DNA of 64,000 nucleotides from the human T2T-CHM13v2.0 reference genome, Homo sapiens: NCBI RefSeq assembly GCF_009914755.1, contig NC_060930.1. One strand, given 5' to 3'. How positions within the stretch are numbered: position 1 is the stretch's first letter; each line of letters starts with the position of its first letter. The translations under genes were made by a program, and so were the position numbers. Under the pieces are notes generated by a model, which made no database searches, was not told the origin of the DNA, and saw only the letters and a list, made by a program, of their open reading frames with translations. Shown piece after piece: positions 18,423-33,216 of the stretch.

Positions 18423-18577
18423 ATGCTGCTCTTCTCCCTCCTCCCACCCTCCACCCTCAAGTACTGGGCTGAATACCTAAGTGATGAAATAATCTGTACA
18501 ACAAACCCCCACAACGTGAGTTTACCTATGTAACAGATCTTCACATGAACCCCAAACCTAAAATAAAAGTTAAAAGA
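18423..18577 (+). mobile_element. Short old L1PA 3' end with a 5' inversion
   Basis: Inverted G-rich 3'UTR piece, then forward 3' terminus and A-rich tail; degenerate 16-bp TSD. Confidence 0.75.
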
Positions 18578-18984
18578 GAAGAGTACCCCTTTGGAAGGAA
18601 GAGCTGCTACAAAGCTGAATTCCACCGCATAGCATAAGGGTGATGCATTTGATCTTCCACATCGCGAAAGGTACATGTGAAAGGTGAATGGAGAAAAAAC
18701 GGAATCCAAGAAGCAAATGGGAATTTTGAAGTCTGAATGAAGGATTGGAAGAGAAAGCAAAATTCCTTACACTTTAAAAATGTAAAGCATACACTTTTAA
18801 ATTACTTTTTGGTATATTTTCAAATTAAAACAATCCAGAAAGGACTAGAGTAAATGATGCAAACATTATAAACATGCATATTCACGAAACATTGTTCATT
18901 TTTCTGGACTTTCTGATTTTTTGTAATGATTATTATCTTTACAGAAAAGAAGTATATTAAGTGATTTCGAAATCAGAGAGCCTT

Positions 18985-20295
18985 CAAGGTCCTGCTTCTG
19001 ATTATGATGGAGACGATCAAAAGTAACCAACACTTCCATCATAAAAAGGAAAAATAATTATATTTTTAACCCATTGGGAGACTGAGGACACAGAAATTTA
19101 GGTGAGACTAAATCTCACAGAGGGATAAATGCTTCGTATATGAACTAGGATAGAGGCAGCTTTAATGCCAGGAAACAGGTGAGGAAGCAGAACAGTCACT
19201 GGGTAGACTACTTTGCAGGGGAAAGAGAAACTGGCTGAACTTTTAACAATCATGGGCTCTATGGAATATTGAAAACATACAAGCTTCAGACAAAGAGCAA
19301 GTTCTCACTATTCACCAATTCTCAACCTTGGGACTTTTAACAAGTGCTCAGCAGCATGTGGGCAATTGAGTCTAGATAGGGAGCAAAAAGAGATTTTCAG
19401 TGGCACAGAAATCCCGGGACAGTGCTGGAGAGCAGAGCGGAATGTCAGTTACATGGTGCATGGATAAGCAAGCCCAGATGAAAGGAGGGACCTTTTACAG
19501 CTTAAAGCTTTTGAAACTGGTAGTAAATTAAAACTAACTAAAGCTATAAACCCAACCCCAACTTAGCTCAATTCCTGATTTGATCAGAGAGATCAGCCCT
19601 TGTGGAGGAGAAATATTTTCCACTCCAGTCTCTGTAATTGGCTTATATACAATATCTGGCATATAATACACAACTGTGAGACATTCATAGAAGGAGGCAA
19701 ATGTGATGCATGAACAAAAGAAAACCAATCAATGAAACTGACCCACAAATGGCCAGATGTTGGAATTAACTAAGATCATAAACAATCATTATAAATAGGA
19801 CCCAAAATTAGAGGAAAAGATAGAAATAGCTGGTAAAAGTTTTCAATAGCTAAGAAGAGAACTTTAAAAATGTTTAGAACAGAAATCTAAAGTATTTGAA
19901 ATAATAAAATTATTAAATGGGCATAACAGCGGAAATGGACACAACAGAAAAAGGATAGGTGAACAGAGGTCAATAGAAATTATTCCAACTGAGGCATAAA
20001 GTCAAAAAGAATAAAAAAGTAAAATACGCTACAGCATGAAAGACTTGTGGGGCAATAATAAACAGTCTAGCGCACATACAGTTGGAATCCTAAAATGAGA
20101 AGAGAAAGATGATAGTTCAGGAAAAAATATTTGAAGAGATAACGGCTGAGAATTTTCCAAAATTGATGAAAGACATCAATCTACACAACCAGAAGCTCAG
20201 AGAATCTTTAACAGAAGAAATACAAAGGAAATACCACCCAAGCATATCATAATTAAACTGATTGAAAATCAAAGATAAGGAGAAATCATAAAGAC
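18985..20295 (+). mobile_element. Old L1M 5'/ORF1 remnant
   Basis: gaaaaaatatttgaagagataacggctgagaattttccaaaattgatgaaagacatc resembles L1 ORF1 (EKIFEEITAENFPKLMKD); left boundary approximate. Confidence 0.7.
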
Positions 20296-20734
20296 TCATC
20301 AATGATCTCTAACAAAAAACTCATTAATGGCTGTCAAAGGAACACACTTAGGCAAGTATCCATATTTCTTTATCATGAAATTCTGAATTTAATATAAAAT
20401 GTTATAAATCATGTGGCAACATCTAACTTTCACTTCTTTGCCCTGCTTCTTTCCTCTGGTCACATAAAGTTACTTTTATTCCTGGCACTGCACAAAAGGT
20501 CTCCAGAAACTTGGTTTATTGTAAGCTCTACTTTTGGTTGCTTTTGCCTAACTGACATCATATATTTACCATACAAATTGTAATTCCTTAGCATCATATT
20601 CAGGACTCTAATGCAGTATCATAGCAATCTAAATTTCTAATGTTGTCTCCTCTTAAACACATACTTAAATACATATTAACATGTGTAATACTTATCATAT
20701 TAAATATTGTCAAAATTATTTTCTCAAATGCCTG

Positions 20735-20737
<3 letters not shown>

Positions 20738-20778
<41 letters not shown>

Positions 20779-20779
20779 G

Positions 20780-20809
<30 letters not shown>
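20738..20809. repeat. Compound (CA)n-(GA)n microsatellite
   Basis: About 18 perfect CA units, interrupted CA, then a GA run. Confidence 0.97.
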
Positions 20810-20810
<1 letters not shown>

Positions 20811-23344
20811 ATTATTTTCTCATGAAAGCCTATTCATCAGGAAATTCTTCTTCCTCCCCCAAGGTGTTTTGCTCATTATGATCAAGGAATCTTGTCTTCA
20901 GTTTGGACAAGACCTTTGAGGTTATCATTTCTAATCCACAGGTTCTCAAGCAAATGTACAGGCAGAGACACTGATAGGATCCAGACACAGGCCCAAGGAC
21001 GGTGTGTCAGACAAGGAGAATGGGAACTAAACTCAAGGATATCTTCCAAATCTGATATTCTATGATAGTCAACACAGCAAATCAGTATACTTAATGTGCA
21101 TTAGAAATAACAAAATTTTCTCTTTGAGGCAGACAATTCTGAATACCTGAGTGGGAATTGAAGCCACAGAATAGAGTCATCTAGGTTATCCCCTGAAAGT
21201 TTCATAAAACCATTACTGTTTTTTCTATTCTCTCAGTCCAGAAAAATAAATAGGTAAATCAGCTCTAATCTCCAGTCTTTCTGCTATAGGATAAGAAAAA
21301 GTAGCTATTCTTAGAAACCTATCTTGGCCTAGGGATCAAGAACACAGGGTAGTAACAACTACAACTGTCACTGCTTCTTAACGGAAGAGAGAGATTCTTA
21401 CTTCCTATACCATGGGAAAACCAGCATTCTCATGTCAAATTTAGTAGTTCCAGCTTCCTGTTTTAGGAAAATTATTTTTTGGGTTCCTTAATTTTAAAAA
21501 TTGGTGTAATATCAGCAGTTAACATTCATGTCCTAAGTGCAAGACACTTTTTAAAAGCACTTTATCCTTATAAACTCAATAGCCACCTAATCCTATAAAG
21601 TAGATTCTATAGACTCAATTTTACAAATAACACAACTGAGGGAAGGCCCAAGGTTATACAAAACAGATGTGGAGGGTAGAGCTTGGATCTGATTTTAGGC
21701 AATCTGCACCACAGCCAGTCACGCTAAGCTTCCTGAATGTAGGAGGGGCCAACTAGGGACAACCCACCTCGGATTCATGGTGAGAGACCTCAAGGTCATT
21801 CTGCTCTATCCTATTTACCGCTCTTCAGGATTCCTACAAACTGGGAAGCTGGGGCTCCTCTTCCAGATATTTCTCTGTATCTAGCCAGTTCTCTCTCTCC
21901 TAAATTGCTTGATTTGAGTTCTGTTAACCAAAACAGACATATTGCCTATCGAGAAAAAGCATTTTTACTCCAATAAAATCCTACTATCAGGGATTCTTAA
22001 AGAATAAGTCTTTCTAAAGGGCTAAGTTTACCAGTAGCTTACAAATGAATAATTCTGAATAAAAATTCTCCTTAAATGAAGGGCATAATTCCATGATCTC
22101 GCAAACCTAAAGTCCCTGAATCTAATTTTACAATTTCTCAACAACGAATTTAATTATTTGAGAAGCACCAACAATCATACTGTGATGTTTTCAAGACCCT
22201 AAACTCTCAGTCTCAGAAATTTAGTTTGTAAAAGAATTACCCATGAGTGATTATTGAAAGCGTAGACTTCCCAGACCTCACGCTTACCTTGAATCAGTGA
22301 GTCTGGTGTGGGGCTTGGTACTCTGAATTTTAACAAGAATGTGAGGTAATCGTGAATCAGATGGTCCTTCAGCCCACACTTTCCTGAGAATCACCACCCA
22401 GTGTGGACACAAAGATAAGCAAGCCAGGTTTGTGAATCCTTGATCATATGTTGGATCCTCTACTGCTTACGACAACTACATTTCTGCCTAAAATCTAACT
22501 GAGTCATACCTGAATAATTACTGGTTAAGCAATATGACCTTTCCACCATTTTTCAATCAAACATGACTAAAATCAAGAGAAAATATATGGTATGTCATCT
22601 CATTATATTGCAATTCCATTACCTGACCTCAACCTCAATATGTCATAACTCATCTCTTCACATGCTACTCAGATGTTCAACTACGAATATTTCACTCTAG
22701 AGAGATGGAAAAAATCTAATTGAATATTTTAATTTAGAAAGTTCAGTTCTGGGATTCTCCTCTCTCTCACTTTTTTTTTTTGACTGTGAAAACAAAAAGT
22801 CAAATTTTCTTTTTAGTTTCTCCTTGTTAGGCAAAAGATAGATCTTTCCCTTCATTGTCCCTGAGAGTTGAACACATTGGGGAAAAATTGGGCACAGCCC
22901 ATTACTTTTACAAACTCCAGTGAGTGAGCCTCAATGCACAAAAAGATGGCATTTCTGAACATCTGCAGCCTGATTAGATCAAAGACCAACAAATTAACCA
23001 CAAATGGCTTTACAAGGAGCATGGAAATATATCATTTGGAAAGGAGAAAACTTTTGGCAATAATTGCTCATCAACGTTTTCCCTTTGGGCAGCCCACATT
23101 GCACCAAAGATATCTAGCAATGAAGTTAATGCCTGTGCAGCATTTTATATCTTACAAAGCTCTTATATGCACGTTATCACATTTGATCTGCACATCAACC
23201 TTGTAACGTTGTCGACATTAGCCCATTTTACAGGTGATTGAAGAAAATGATTTAGGAAAGTAATGACTTGCTCATGTTTCTCCAGCTACTGAATTGAGTT
23301 GACTATCTCAAAACCCCCTATCTCTGACTTTAGTGTTTCCCTTC

Positions 23345-23950
23345 AATCATTCATGCACATTTATTAAATCTCTATTTTGCATTTAGACACCACTTTTGGC
23401 ACTGAGGATAAAAATAATTGAGTGAGACAAAAAGCTTTCTACTCTCACTGAGTATAGTCTGATAGGAAAGAGAATACACAATAAACAAATATATGAGACC
23501 TCATCAGTAGTGATAAATGTTTAGCCTGTCACAATTGATACTGAAATAATGAAAATAAATAGCAATGGACTAGAAAATGACTAGAGGAGGGGGCTATTCT
23601 GTTAAGAAACTCTTGCCTAAGGAAGCAACCCTTACCCTGAGAACTGCCATGTCAAGGTGTGAGAGAAAACCCTACTAAGCAAGAAGCAGTAATGAATTCA
23701 GTGGCCCTGCAGCAAGAAATGAGCTCAGTGTGTTCAGAGAATGACGGTGAGGCTGAACTAAAATACACAAGCAAAAAACTAGAATGCAATGAAAGTAGAT
23801 AATGGGATAGAAGCCAGATCATATACTCTTTGAAGGCCCAGGTAAGGCATTTTGGATCTTATTATAGATGCAGTGAAGATCTAAATGCAATGGAAAATCT
23901 TGAGCAGAGGCTGGATATGACCTGATTTGCAGTTTGCTAAATTGACCTTT
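23345..23950. mobile_element. L2 3'-region fragment
   Basis: cattcatgcacatttattaaat start and typical decayed L2 purine-rich body; approximate. Confidence 0.55.
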
Positions 23951-26900
23951 ATTGGTCCCAGAGTTTAGTGATGATTTTGTTTGAACATAAATCTGTTTTT
24001 TGCCACCACCATAAGCTTTGAGAGCCTCATCAGTTCAAAGTCATTGACTATTGCTTTATATATGTACGAGGCAGATGACGGGAAAAGATAGCCAGGCCCA
24101 TCCTTTGCAATTAACAGGCAGTGTGACCTTGGAAAAATTCTTTGCCCTACTCAGTCCTTCGTGACTTCACTCAGCGTTCATAGGAGAATTAATGCCTTAA
24201 AAGTAATTGTAAAGCATTTTGTATAGATGTCGAAATATTAAAGCATATTCCCTCTGAATGTGAGTGAGTTCAAATATAGAAGCAAGTTCCTCCTCTTTAG
24301 AGAATTCAAAATGATTTGATTGTTGAATTGCATGCCAAGTGAACAAGAACTACTATTTTGTAACTAGGGCATTCTTAACTCTGAATACATTGGATGTGAA
24401 CAGATGTAGAGAACAGACACAAAGGACAAAGATGGATTTATGGCATTATAAAATTTAAAATGTGAATCTGCATAAAACACCAAAAATGTTTTAAAGTAAA
24501 AAAAAAAATTCAACTAAAAGGTAGTCAATGGTTGTTTCTTTTACAACCTCAATGTGACTCTGAGTCTTAGAATTGTTTATTTTGAAAATATTTATTAAGA
24601 CAGATGCCTTTCTAGTTGCTGATGATACAGAAGTTAACAAAACACCAAAATACCTACTGTCAGGAATCTTACATTCTGGTGCTGCCAAGTATTCTTAAGA
24701 TTGAATGACCACCTGTCAATGTCATGCAATGTGACAGCCTCTTTTCTGAATGTTAATTTACTACATAATACAGAGCCTATCCTTTGAGAGGCAGAAAGCA
24801 GAGACTGGAAAGAGAGAGAAGGTTGGCTTTAGATGTAGAAACAAATCTGATAGAAATACAAAGAAAAAGGATAGAAATTGGTGGGTAATTTGCAGATATG
24901 AAAAACTAATATATCAGTGATTGCTGCTTCCTTTAGGGCATGTTGTGAACCTTGATGTTTGGACTGGGGAATCATTCACATGTGGACTTAAGTTCAGCTT
25001 CAAACATCTGAGCAAGTTCTCATCTCTAAAACCTCAGTTTTTCTCAACTGCAAAATGGGTTTAACAATGAATTTGGTTGTGTGATGTTAGCATTGATAGT
25101 ATAGGTTAAGTGCATAGTGATGTAATTGGCACACTACAGACACTCAGTAAATGGTACTCTCCCACTCCTCCTAGAGAATAAGTGATACAGTGATTTTCTG
25201 TATCCATTGCCTTAAAACCTCTCACATCACCCAGAAGCAAGTAATGTAGACAAAAGTAGCGTCACATTTAGTGTAAACTGAGTTTTCTCAAAGGAGAAAA
25301 TTAAGAAAGGATTGACTGAGACTTTTTAAAGAAATGTTTTGAAAGACTGTAGAAAGTCAACATACAGAGGAAGGCAGAGAACATTGTACATGAAGGACTA
25401 TTGTTATAAAGATAAAAATAACTATAGCTGCCAGTTATTTCCTACATGCAATCTACTATGCTAAAGAGCTGATACATCACATTATTTAATGCTCATAATA
25501 CCCCTATGAATTAGATATTAGTTTCCCACTTCACAAATGAGAAAACGGAGGCCAGGGATATTTTAAATTATTTTCCTGAAGTATTGATTGCTGGTAAGTA
25601 GCAGAACCAGGATTCCAACTCTGCTCAGCCTCACTCTAAAGATGTGTTCTTCATTACTACACTTTGGGTCAAGTTCTCATTTGTTTTCGTGGGGACAAGG
25701 GGCAAGAGAGTAGGGTGTCCCTTTGCTTGACTGGAGAGGCACATGTACAGTAGCAGTTGGAAGCAAGTTGGGGGGTTGAGTTGGGAGAGGCCATGGCTGG
25801 AAGTAGGATGCCCCATGACTGCCCATGTCATTGAGGAAGGGCCACTGGCCATCAAGAGTCTCACAAGTCCGAGATCCCCTTAACCAGCAGAAGTGACCCT
25901 TTTAAGAACTAACACAAAGGGACTTCCTCCAACTGATATAATGAAAAACTTTCTAAAGCTGCACAATATAATATACTCCAGAGCTCTCCATTATTAATGG
26001 TAATAACCAATAATCAATAAAAGCAATCATGTGCCTGTCTAGTTTTCCTAAGACTGTTCCTTCCTATGAGTTATTAAAATCATTTCAATTCTTAGATATT
26101 AAATGTCACACAGAAAATAACCTCTTGCAAAATGTTGGGTTCATCATATTTTAAGAATTAATACTTTAGGTCATTTTAATCAGTTTCTGATATATGCGGT
26201 TTTCAGGAAGCACCTCAGGGAAGAACATGGTGGCCATGACTAATAATGACAGGAATATGAACTATATTCTTCATATACATATCAGACTTGGAGCATTACT
26301 GAAGTACTTGACCATCTTAAGTATTTAGGAAGCTTTAAATAAAAAATAAATTTGCCTATTTCACTGAAATTGAGCATCCTTTTTTCGGGCATAAAACTTC
26401 AAACTTATTAATTTTATGGCTATATTTTAAAGTGAGTGCCAGTCCCAGCTAGATGACTATATGGTAAGTGTCTTAAAATTTCAAGAAAAGGCACTAAATT
26501 TTTCACAGTGTTTGTGTTTCATTCTCAGTGTAATAAAAATATGCCACCCTTTTAATAATGAATAATAGATTCTCAGTTTGATTTACATGCATGGATTAAA
26601 TGTCATGTTTGAAAAGTTGCTATTTTATTCATATTGGATTCCCTCCAGTAAAACAAAAATGGTACCCATCTACTACTGTAATAATGACACCTTGCCACAC
26701 TGATATATACATATTAACTGGCTGGTATACTTTTTAAAAATTCTATAGATCCAAGAAATAGTCTAACAGCACAGGAAGTTTCAGTAAGATTTTCTCTGAG
26801 GTACTTACGTGTACCCTACAATTACCCAAAACCTCCATTAATGTGGCTAAATGAAAGGAACAGGGGAGCCAGGCACCCCTCCTATCACAGATTAAGCTCA

Positions 26901-27019
26901 TTTCAGTGATGCCAGATTCATATGTTGATTTCTAAAAGGTTGAAGTATTTTGTGGCTCCTCCTTTCTTACCAGAAAATAAAGAACAATTTATTGTCACCA
27001 GTTTTTCATAAGCCCCTCC

Positions 27020-27275
27020 TATATTTGTATGAAAGGGCTGCCATAACAAAGTACTATACACTGGGTGCCTTGGCTGCAAAAATCTGTGTTCTCAAAATTC
27101 TAGAAACTAGAATTCCAAGCTCAAGTTGTTGGCAAGGCTGGTTTCTCCTGAGGACTCTGTCCTTGGCTTGCCGATGGCCATCTTGTTCCTGTCTCCTCAC
27201 ACAGGCTTCCCGCTGTGTGCATCTGTGTCCTAATCTCCTCTTCTTCTACGGGCACCATTCATATTGGATTAGGGC
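27020..27275 (-). mobile_element. MLT1 (MaLR) LTR fragment
   Basis: gggctgccataacaaagtac...gtcctaatctcctcttct...attggattagggc. Confidence 0.8.
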
Positions 27276-29426
27276 AAAGAAAAGCAAACTTTTCCTTTCT
27301 ACCTGGGTCTAAAAACTTTACTGGTTTTAGAAAGGAAGGATGTAAGATATCAAAGTATAAATATTGTTCATTCACAGCAGCTCATATATCCTTTCAAACA
27401 ATATAATCACGGACATGATATAGACAGGAAGAATAACGACATTCTTTAGTTAACCAAAATTTCATTGAAGGTGTATATTTGAGTTTTGTTTATGGTTTTT
27501 TAAAGCTGGTTTAAGTTAAACATTATTTTAGTCTTTCAGTATGTCAGGCACTGAACTGAATTATAACATTTACTCTGACCTAGTACCCTACTGGTGGTGA
27601 CATCATAAGATTAAGGAGATGGAGCTTATTGTGATGACTATTTTGCAGTTGAAATAGGGGAGGCACAGGCAGATTGAGAAACTGCTGTAACTCACATTGC
27701 TAAGTTCGTTTTAGAGCCAGAATTCTAGTCAGGTTATAAAACACACACTGAATCACCATTCTGCCTTATCTCGGCCTACGGTGTTTAGTCCTTTCATTTA
27801 AATATACAAAAATAAACTCCTATGATAGCATTCCCAAAAGATATTATTAGTAATTAAATTGATTTTATTCTCTTTGTCCAAAGAAAAAGCCTCATCTGAT
27901 CACAAATAATTAAACAACAGAACTTCTTGAAAGTTAGAGACTAATAAACGTCCATATTCTGTCATAAGGAAGCCCGGGTGGCCACATTCTGTTCTCTGAG
28001 ATCTCTGTTCCAGTAACTTCTTTGCTATGGCGTGTGCTTTAATACCATCCATATGATGGCATCTGTTTACTTCTTCCACAAGGAGTCCTCAAGATTGCAT
28101 AATTTAGTGTAAGCAAAATCACTTTTTGCCTTTAAACTAGCAGTCATTAAATTTCATCATTCACACCCTGACATGTGATCCAAAAAAACAGATGTACTTA
28201 TCAAATAAGATGGGGTTAAGTACCATCAAAATTAAATATTTCTTTTCCTTTGGCTGACATAGGCACTCGATCCAAGACATGATTTTATTTTCTTTGTGGT
28301 GTGGGATAATGTGAAAAATGAAATCTGTAACCCTAAATTGAAGGAAATCATAGTCTTAATGGAACCACTAAAGAAATTATTCCAGAATTATATATCCTTC
28401 CAGAAATAACAACCCTGTAATGTCAGCAAATTTGGAGTCAGCCTGGGTTACCTACTGCATACAGCAGGCTCTGGTCATGTTCATTAAATCTGCCTGAGGC
28501 TTAGTCAAACTTGAGTACATGACCTTTAAGAATTTTAAAAAATTCATTAATCAATGTTCTTTGCCTGAATTTTGCTGTTTTTGCTTCTTTAACCTATTAT
28601 TTGTATCATTGTTTTAGGTTGGCCAATCCTCACACCCATTGAAAATGAGAACTGCAAGCATAACAGTTCTAGCTGATAATTAACAGAAGGTTCTTTCAGC
28701 TCAGATACCATTGTCAAAGTTCAATAATGATATTGCAAAATGTCACCAAAAAGCATAATAATGTGAGATAATCAGTTATAAGAAAATAATCATCACAGTT
28801 CTTAATTTGTATCTGACTTTACATTTTAAAAAATGATTTAACACATTTCTCTCTCAATCTTCTGTACTGGTCTAAAAATTCTGTATTTATCCACATTAAT
28901 GGATAAGTAACCAAATACAATTGAAGCCAGAGTAAGATCTTTCACCAAACTCTCAAAGGATCTGTGTAATTTTCTCATAACAATATTTTCCTATAGTACT
29001 ATTTTTATAGCTATTTATCTTGCAAATTGTAAGCAAGACAGATTCTCACATGTATTTGAATGGTTTAAAACTATGGTTTCCAAACTGTGGCATATTTGTC
29101 TTGTGAAAACTAAAGATGCCGTAGCCACAACCTTTTGACTTAACTTTGAGTTTTCATTGAGTCAATTAGTTGAATAAATAATCATTTAATTATGCAAATT
29201 ATCTGATCATTTTTTCTTCCATTTGTTATTCAAGGTCTCTTAATTGCCTTATATTTATTAAAATAGAATAGAAAAGGCACATATTTTATATTCCTTTGTA
29301 AAATTACAAAACATTTCAAATTCAGAAATTAAAAAAAATACAAAGGTGTTATTCATTCCTGCCTTTTTCCTTGTAATTGAAAGACACCCTTTGTAAGTTC
29401 TTTCAGCATTCCATTGAGGGTATACT

Positions 29427-29885
29427 TGTTATGTGTCGGATGGTGTGCCTCAGAAGAAGACAGGTGGAATACCTAACCGCCAGTACCTCAGAATGCGACC
29501 TCTTTGGGAGACAGAACCTCTTAGGATTTAACCAAGTTGAGATGAGGTCATTGGGGTGGAATCTAACCCAATATAACTGGTGTCCATATAAAAAAGGGAA
29601 ATTTGAACACAGAGACAGAAAAGCACAGAGGGAAGACGAAGTGAAGACACACAGGGAGAAGGCTATGTGAAGGACTGGAGTGATGGATCTGCAAACCAAG
29701 GAATGCCAGAAGCTAGGAGAGAGGCAGGAGCAGGCCCTTCCTTCGCAGCCCCAGAGGGAGCATGGCTCTGCCAGCACTTTGATGTCAGGCTTTTGGCCTC
29801 CAGAACCATGAGACAATAAATTTCTGCTATTTTAAGCCACCAGGTTTATGGTATTTTCTGATAGCAGACTTAGGAAACAAATACA
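29427..29885 (+). mobile_element. MLT1 (MaLR) solo LTR
   Basis: TG...CA ends; cccagagggagcatggctctgccagcactttg and gagacaataaatttctg motifs. Confidence 0.88.
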
Positions 29886-30671
29886 GTATCCTTAGTCAAA
29901 AATGTATTCATTTGCGACACCTCTGACCCACTCTTGAATAATAGGTTAGGTGAGTACATTTTTTTTCTTTATCAACTTTGTCTTAGAATTTTGAATATAT
30001 TTTTCTATTGTCTTCAGTCCTCTACTGTTGCTGTCTGAAGTTTCACTAGAATGTGTCCAGAAGTGGACTGATTTTACTTTGTCCATCTCAGAATTTCTGT
30101 TCCCTTAATCTGAGAGTTCATGTCTTCCAATGAGTCTGGGAAATTAATAAATAACTGTTAATCCCTTCATATCTTTCCCTCGTTCTAGCTAGTCTCTGTT
30201 CTGGAAATTGTATAATATGTATGTTAGACCTTCTCTGTAATCTTTGCAAATCACTACGAATCACTTTTCACTTCACTTTTTTCATCTCTTAGAGGTGTAG
30301 TCTAGGAAGTTTCCTCAGATCTGGCTTCCAGTTCAGAAGTTCTTTGTTCAGAGGGTCAAATCTCTATGATAAATATTTTTAATTTTAAACACTATATATT
30401 TTCTATTATAGAAATCCTACTGTAGATTATTAGGAGAAACAGTATTTTAAATGAAACATAGAGAAAGATAAACTTTTTATTTCTCCAAAAAAGATTTTTT
30501 TCTTTTATCTCCATCTACTGGACACATTTTTTGTCTATCTATCCCTTTTAGACACATTTTGAGTATCCAAAATTTATGGAAAAGGCTCTTTCAACACCCT
30601 ATACCTAAAAGGCTCAAAGCCTCATCTCCTGAAAGGTCGCTAAAATCCAATGTTTGAGGTGAAGGAAGCCC

Positions 30672-30795
30672 TAAGTACCCTGATTGGATCATTACACACT
30701 GTGTGCATATATCAAAATATCACTTGAACCCCTAAAACATATACAAATATTATGTATCAATTAAAAATAAGTACATAAAAATAAAAAGGTAAAAA
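30672..30795 (+). mobile_element. L1MA/MB 3' terminal fragment
   Basis: taccctgattggatcattacac...tatgtatcaattaaaaataa. Confidence 0.7.
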
Positions 30796-32647
30796 ATGCA
30801 AGCCAAAAATGAATCCGAACCTTAAGATCAACAAGACTGATTATATGTTTTCCCCTCTCCCAGGCAGCAACAGCCCCAGTTTACTCATTTTCCTCTCTAG
30901 TTTTTAATTTCCTCTTCATTCCTGGTACCCAAGGAGATCCCATTCACTGTTGAGTGTTTATGAATTTAAAATCCTTTTGGTTATATCTTATCTAGAATTT
31001 CCAGGTGCTTATAGAACAAAATCAGAAAATAAAATATGACTTTTGGCTCCTGATCCCGGCAGGATGGGAAAATAAGATAACCTCAACACTTACGTCATCA
31101 TCCTGCCAGAACTGAAAGTCACAAGGCTTATTTTGGGGCATTTTTCTTCCCAGAGATCTAAGCCTATTCATTGTTAATGAACACCATCAACAAAGGAGGC
31201 AATGTTTTCTATTTGAAATAGTTCCGGGTTAAATGTCAGAAGACAAGTAGGCTCCAAATGTCTCTGCCAAAGAATTATTCAAAATCTTTTTAGCAAGATA
31301 CTCAAAGCGAATGTGCCTAAGCTTAGAGTCCATAATTTAACTTGATTTAATATGATTCTTACAGTAACTCAAATAAGGGAGTTGCTATTACCTCATTTTA
31401 CATGAGGAGACTGAGATAGAGACAAATTAACTCACCGTATTTGACCAGCCCCACCTTACAATACTGGAAGACCAACATTACGATGTAGAGTTATTTGGGA
31501 CAAGATCCAAGTGATAGTATCTGGAAGTGGTGCTTTGGTGTCTGGAGTGATACACCTTTGGCTTACTCATATATCCACTGCTTTCCTCAGGAGCCATCTC
31601 AAATACTTATACGTAATCCTTCCACTTAACCTTCATGCGTTTGCCTCCTAGCCAAGCCTGATGCCAAAGGAAAGCCACCCTTGATGCTATAACACTGTAA
31701 CCTCATTCCAAGATCCATTAAAAATGTAACCTTACAGATGTATACAGTGACTTTCCTCCTCACAGTCAGTACTTCTCCTGGAATGAAGCCCTGCCCATTC
31801 ATTTGGGTAGTGCTTCTCGGCTCTTTCTTTTTGCACAGGAATACATAACCATCGCTCTCCAATTAGCATTCGTAAGATGCTCTGCGCTCTCAAACGACAT
31901 TATGGAAGCCAATTTCTCCAACTCACGGACTGAGAATAAAGATAAACCTGTCTTAGACTTGTATTTAAAATGTAATGAAATAAATATCTTAAATGTCCCT
32001 ATATCATTTATATATACAGTGCACATGTATGTGTTTGGTGAATTTATTCCTGTTATTACAAAACTACATTGCTTTAAAATGTACTGTTTTAACTGTCAGT
32101 CTCCCACAAACTACCAGCAGAGTGACGGGCAGGCAGAATTGTGTGGTTAGTGAAAAAACCTGATGTTATTGAGTAGAGCCCATTGGAATGAATAGGACTT
32201 TAAGCAACAGCATTTTTATTCTGAAAGCAAAAAGCCTCAGTTGACTTCTCTTTCCTGTCAAGTTCTGGATGTTTTGGTGCTTTTCTTGTGTTTGTTTTCA
32301 CCCTGAATTTTGTACTTTTCTTATATACACTGAATGTGAAATAGCCCAGTGTATTTCTTTGGGGATCCAGGATTTTGCTAGGTGATACCAAGGGATAGAT
32401 GTAATTCAGTGACATTTTGTCAGGCTGTTAAAGAGTAAATTTTCCTTGACTGTGGCAGGAGGTAATTATTTTTTGTTTGTTTGCTTGGTTCTGACACAGG
32501 GGAAAAAATTTGGGGGTTGCTATTTCAAATAGTCCAAGATACTTTCTGTTCTGTTTGGCAGGAAGGGAAAACACATTTTATTATTGGAGCGATTGCCAGC
32601 CTTCACTTTTCCCTACCGAATTGATGCAGTTTTTAACACTCTGAACA

Positions 32648-33216
32648 TTTTTTCAACTTTTAGTTTAAGTTCTGGAGTACATGTGCAGGATGTGCAGGTT
32701 TGTTACGTAGGTAAACATGTGCCATGGTGGTTTGCTACACAGATCAACCCATCACCTAGGTATTAAGCCCAGCATATATTAGCTATTCTTCCTGGTGCTC
32801 TCCCTCTCCCCGCACCCCCGACAGGCCCCAGTGTGTATTGTTCCCCACAATGTGTCTATGTGTTCTCATCATTCAGCTCCCCCTTATAAGTGAGAACATG
32901 CGGTGTTTTGCTTTCTGTTCCTGCATTAGTTTGCTGAGGATAATGGCTTTCAGCTAGATCCATGTCCCTGTAAAGGACACGATCTTGTTCCTTTTTATGG
33001 CTGCATAGTATTCCATAGTGTATATATACCACGTTTTCTTTATCCAGTCTACCGTTGATGGGCATTTAGGCTGATTCCATGTCTTTGCTATTGTGAATAG
33101 TGCTGCAGTGAACATGTGCTGCAGTGCATGTATCTTTATAACTGAATGATTTATATTCCTCTGGGTATATACCCAGTAATGGGATTCCTGGGTCAAATGG
33201 TAGTTCTGCTTCTAGG
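32648..33216 (-). mobile_element. L1PA 3' end (about L1PA7-10), 5'-truncated
   Basis: Track ORF 32954-33196 encodes the ORF2 C-terminus ([20 protein letters not shown]); reverse 3'UTR. Confidence 0.92.

Noticed and set aside
28492-28500. Canonical AP-2 motif GCCTGAGGC
   Set aside because: A single 9-mer within what looks like a decayed MIR; could arise by chance
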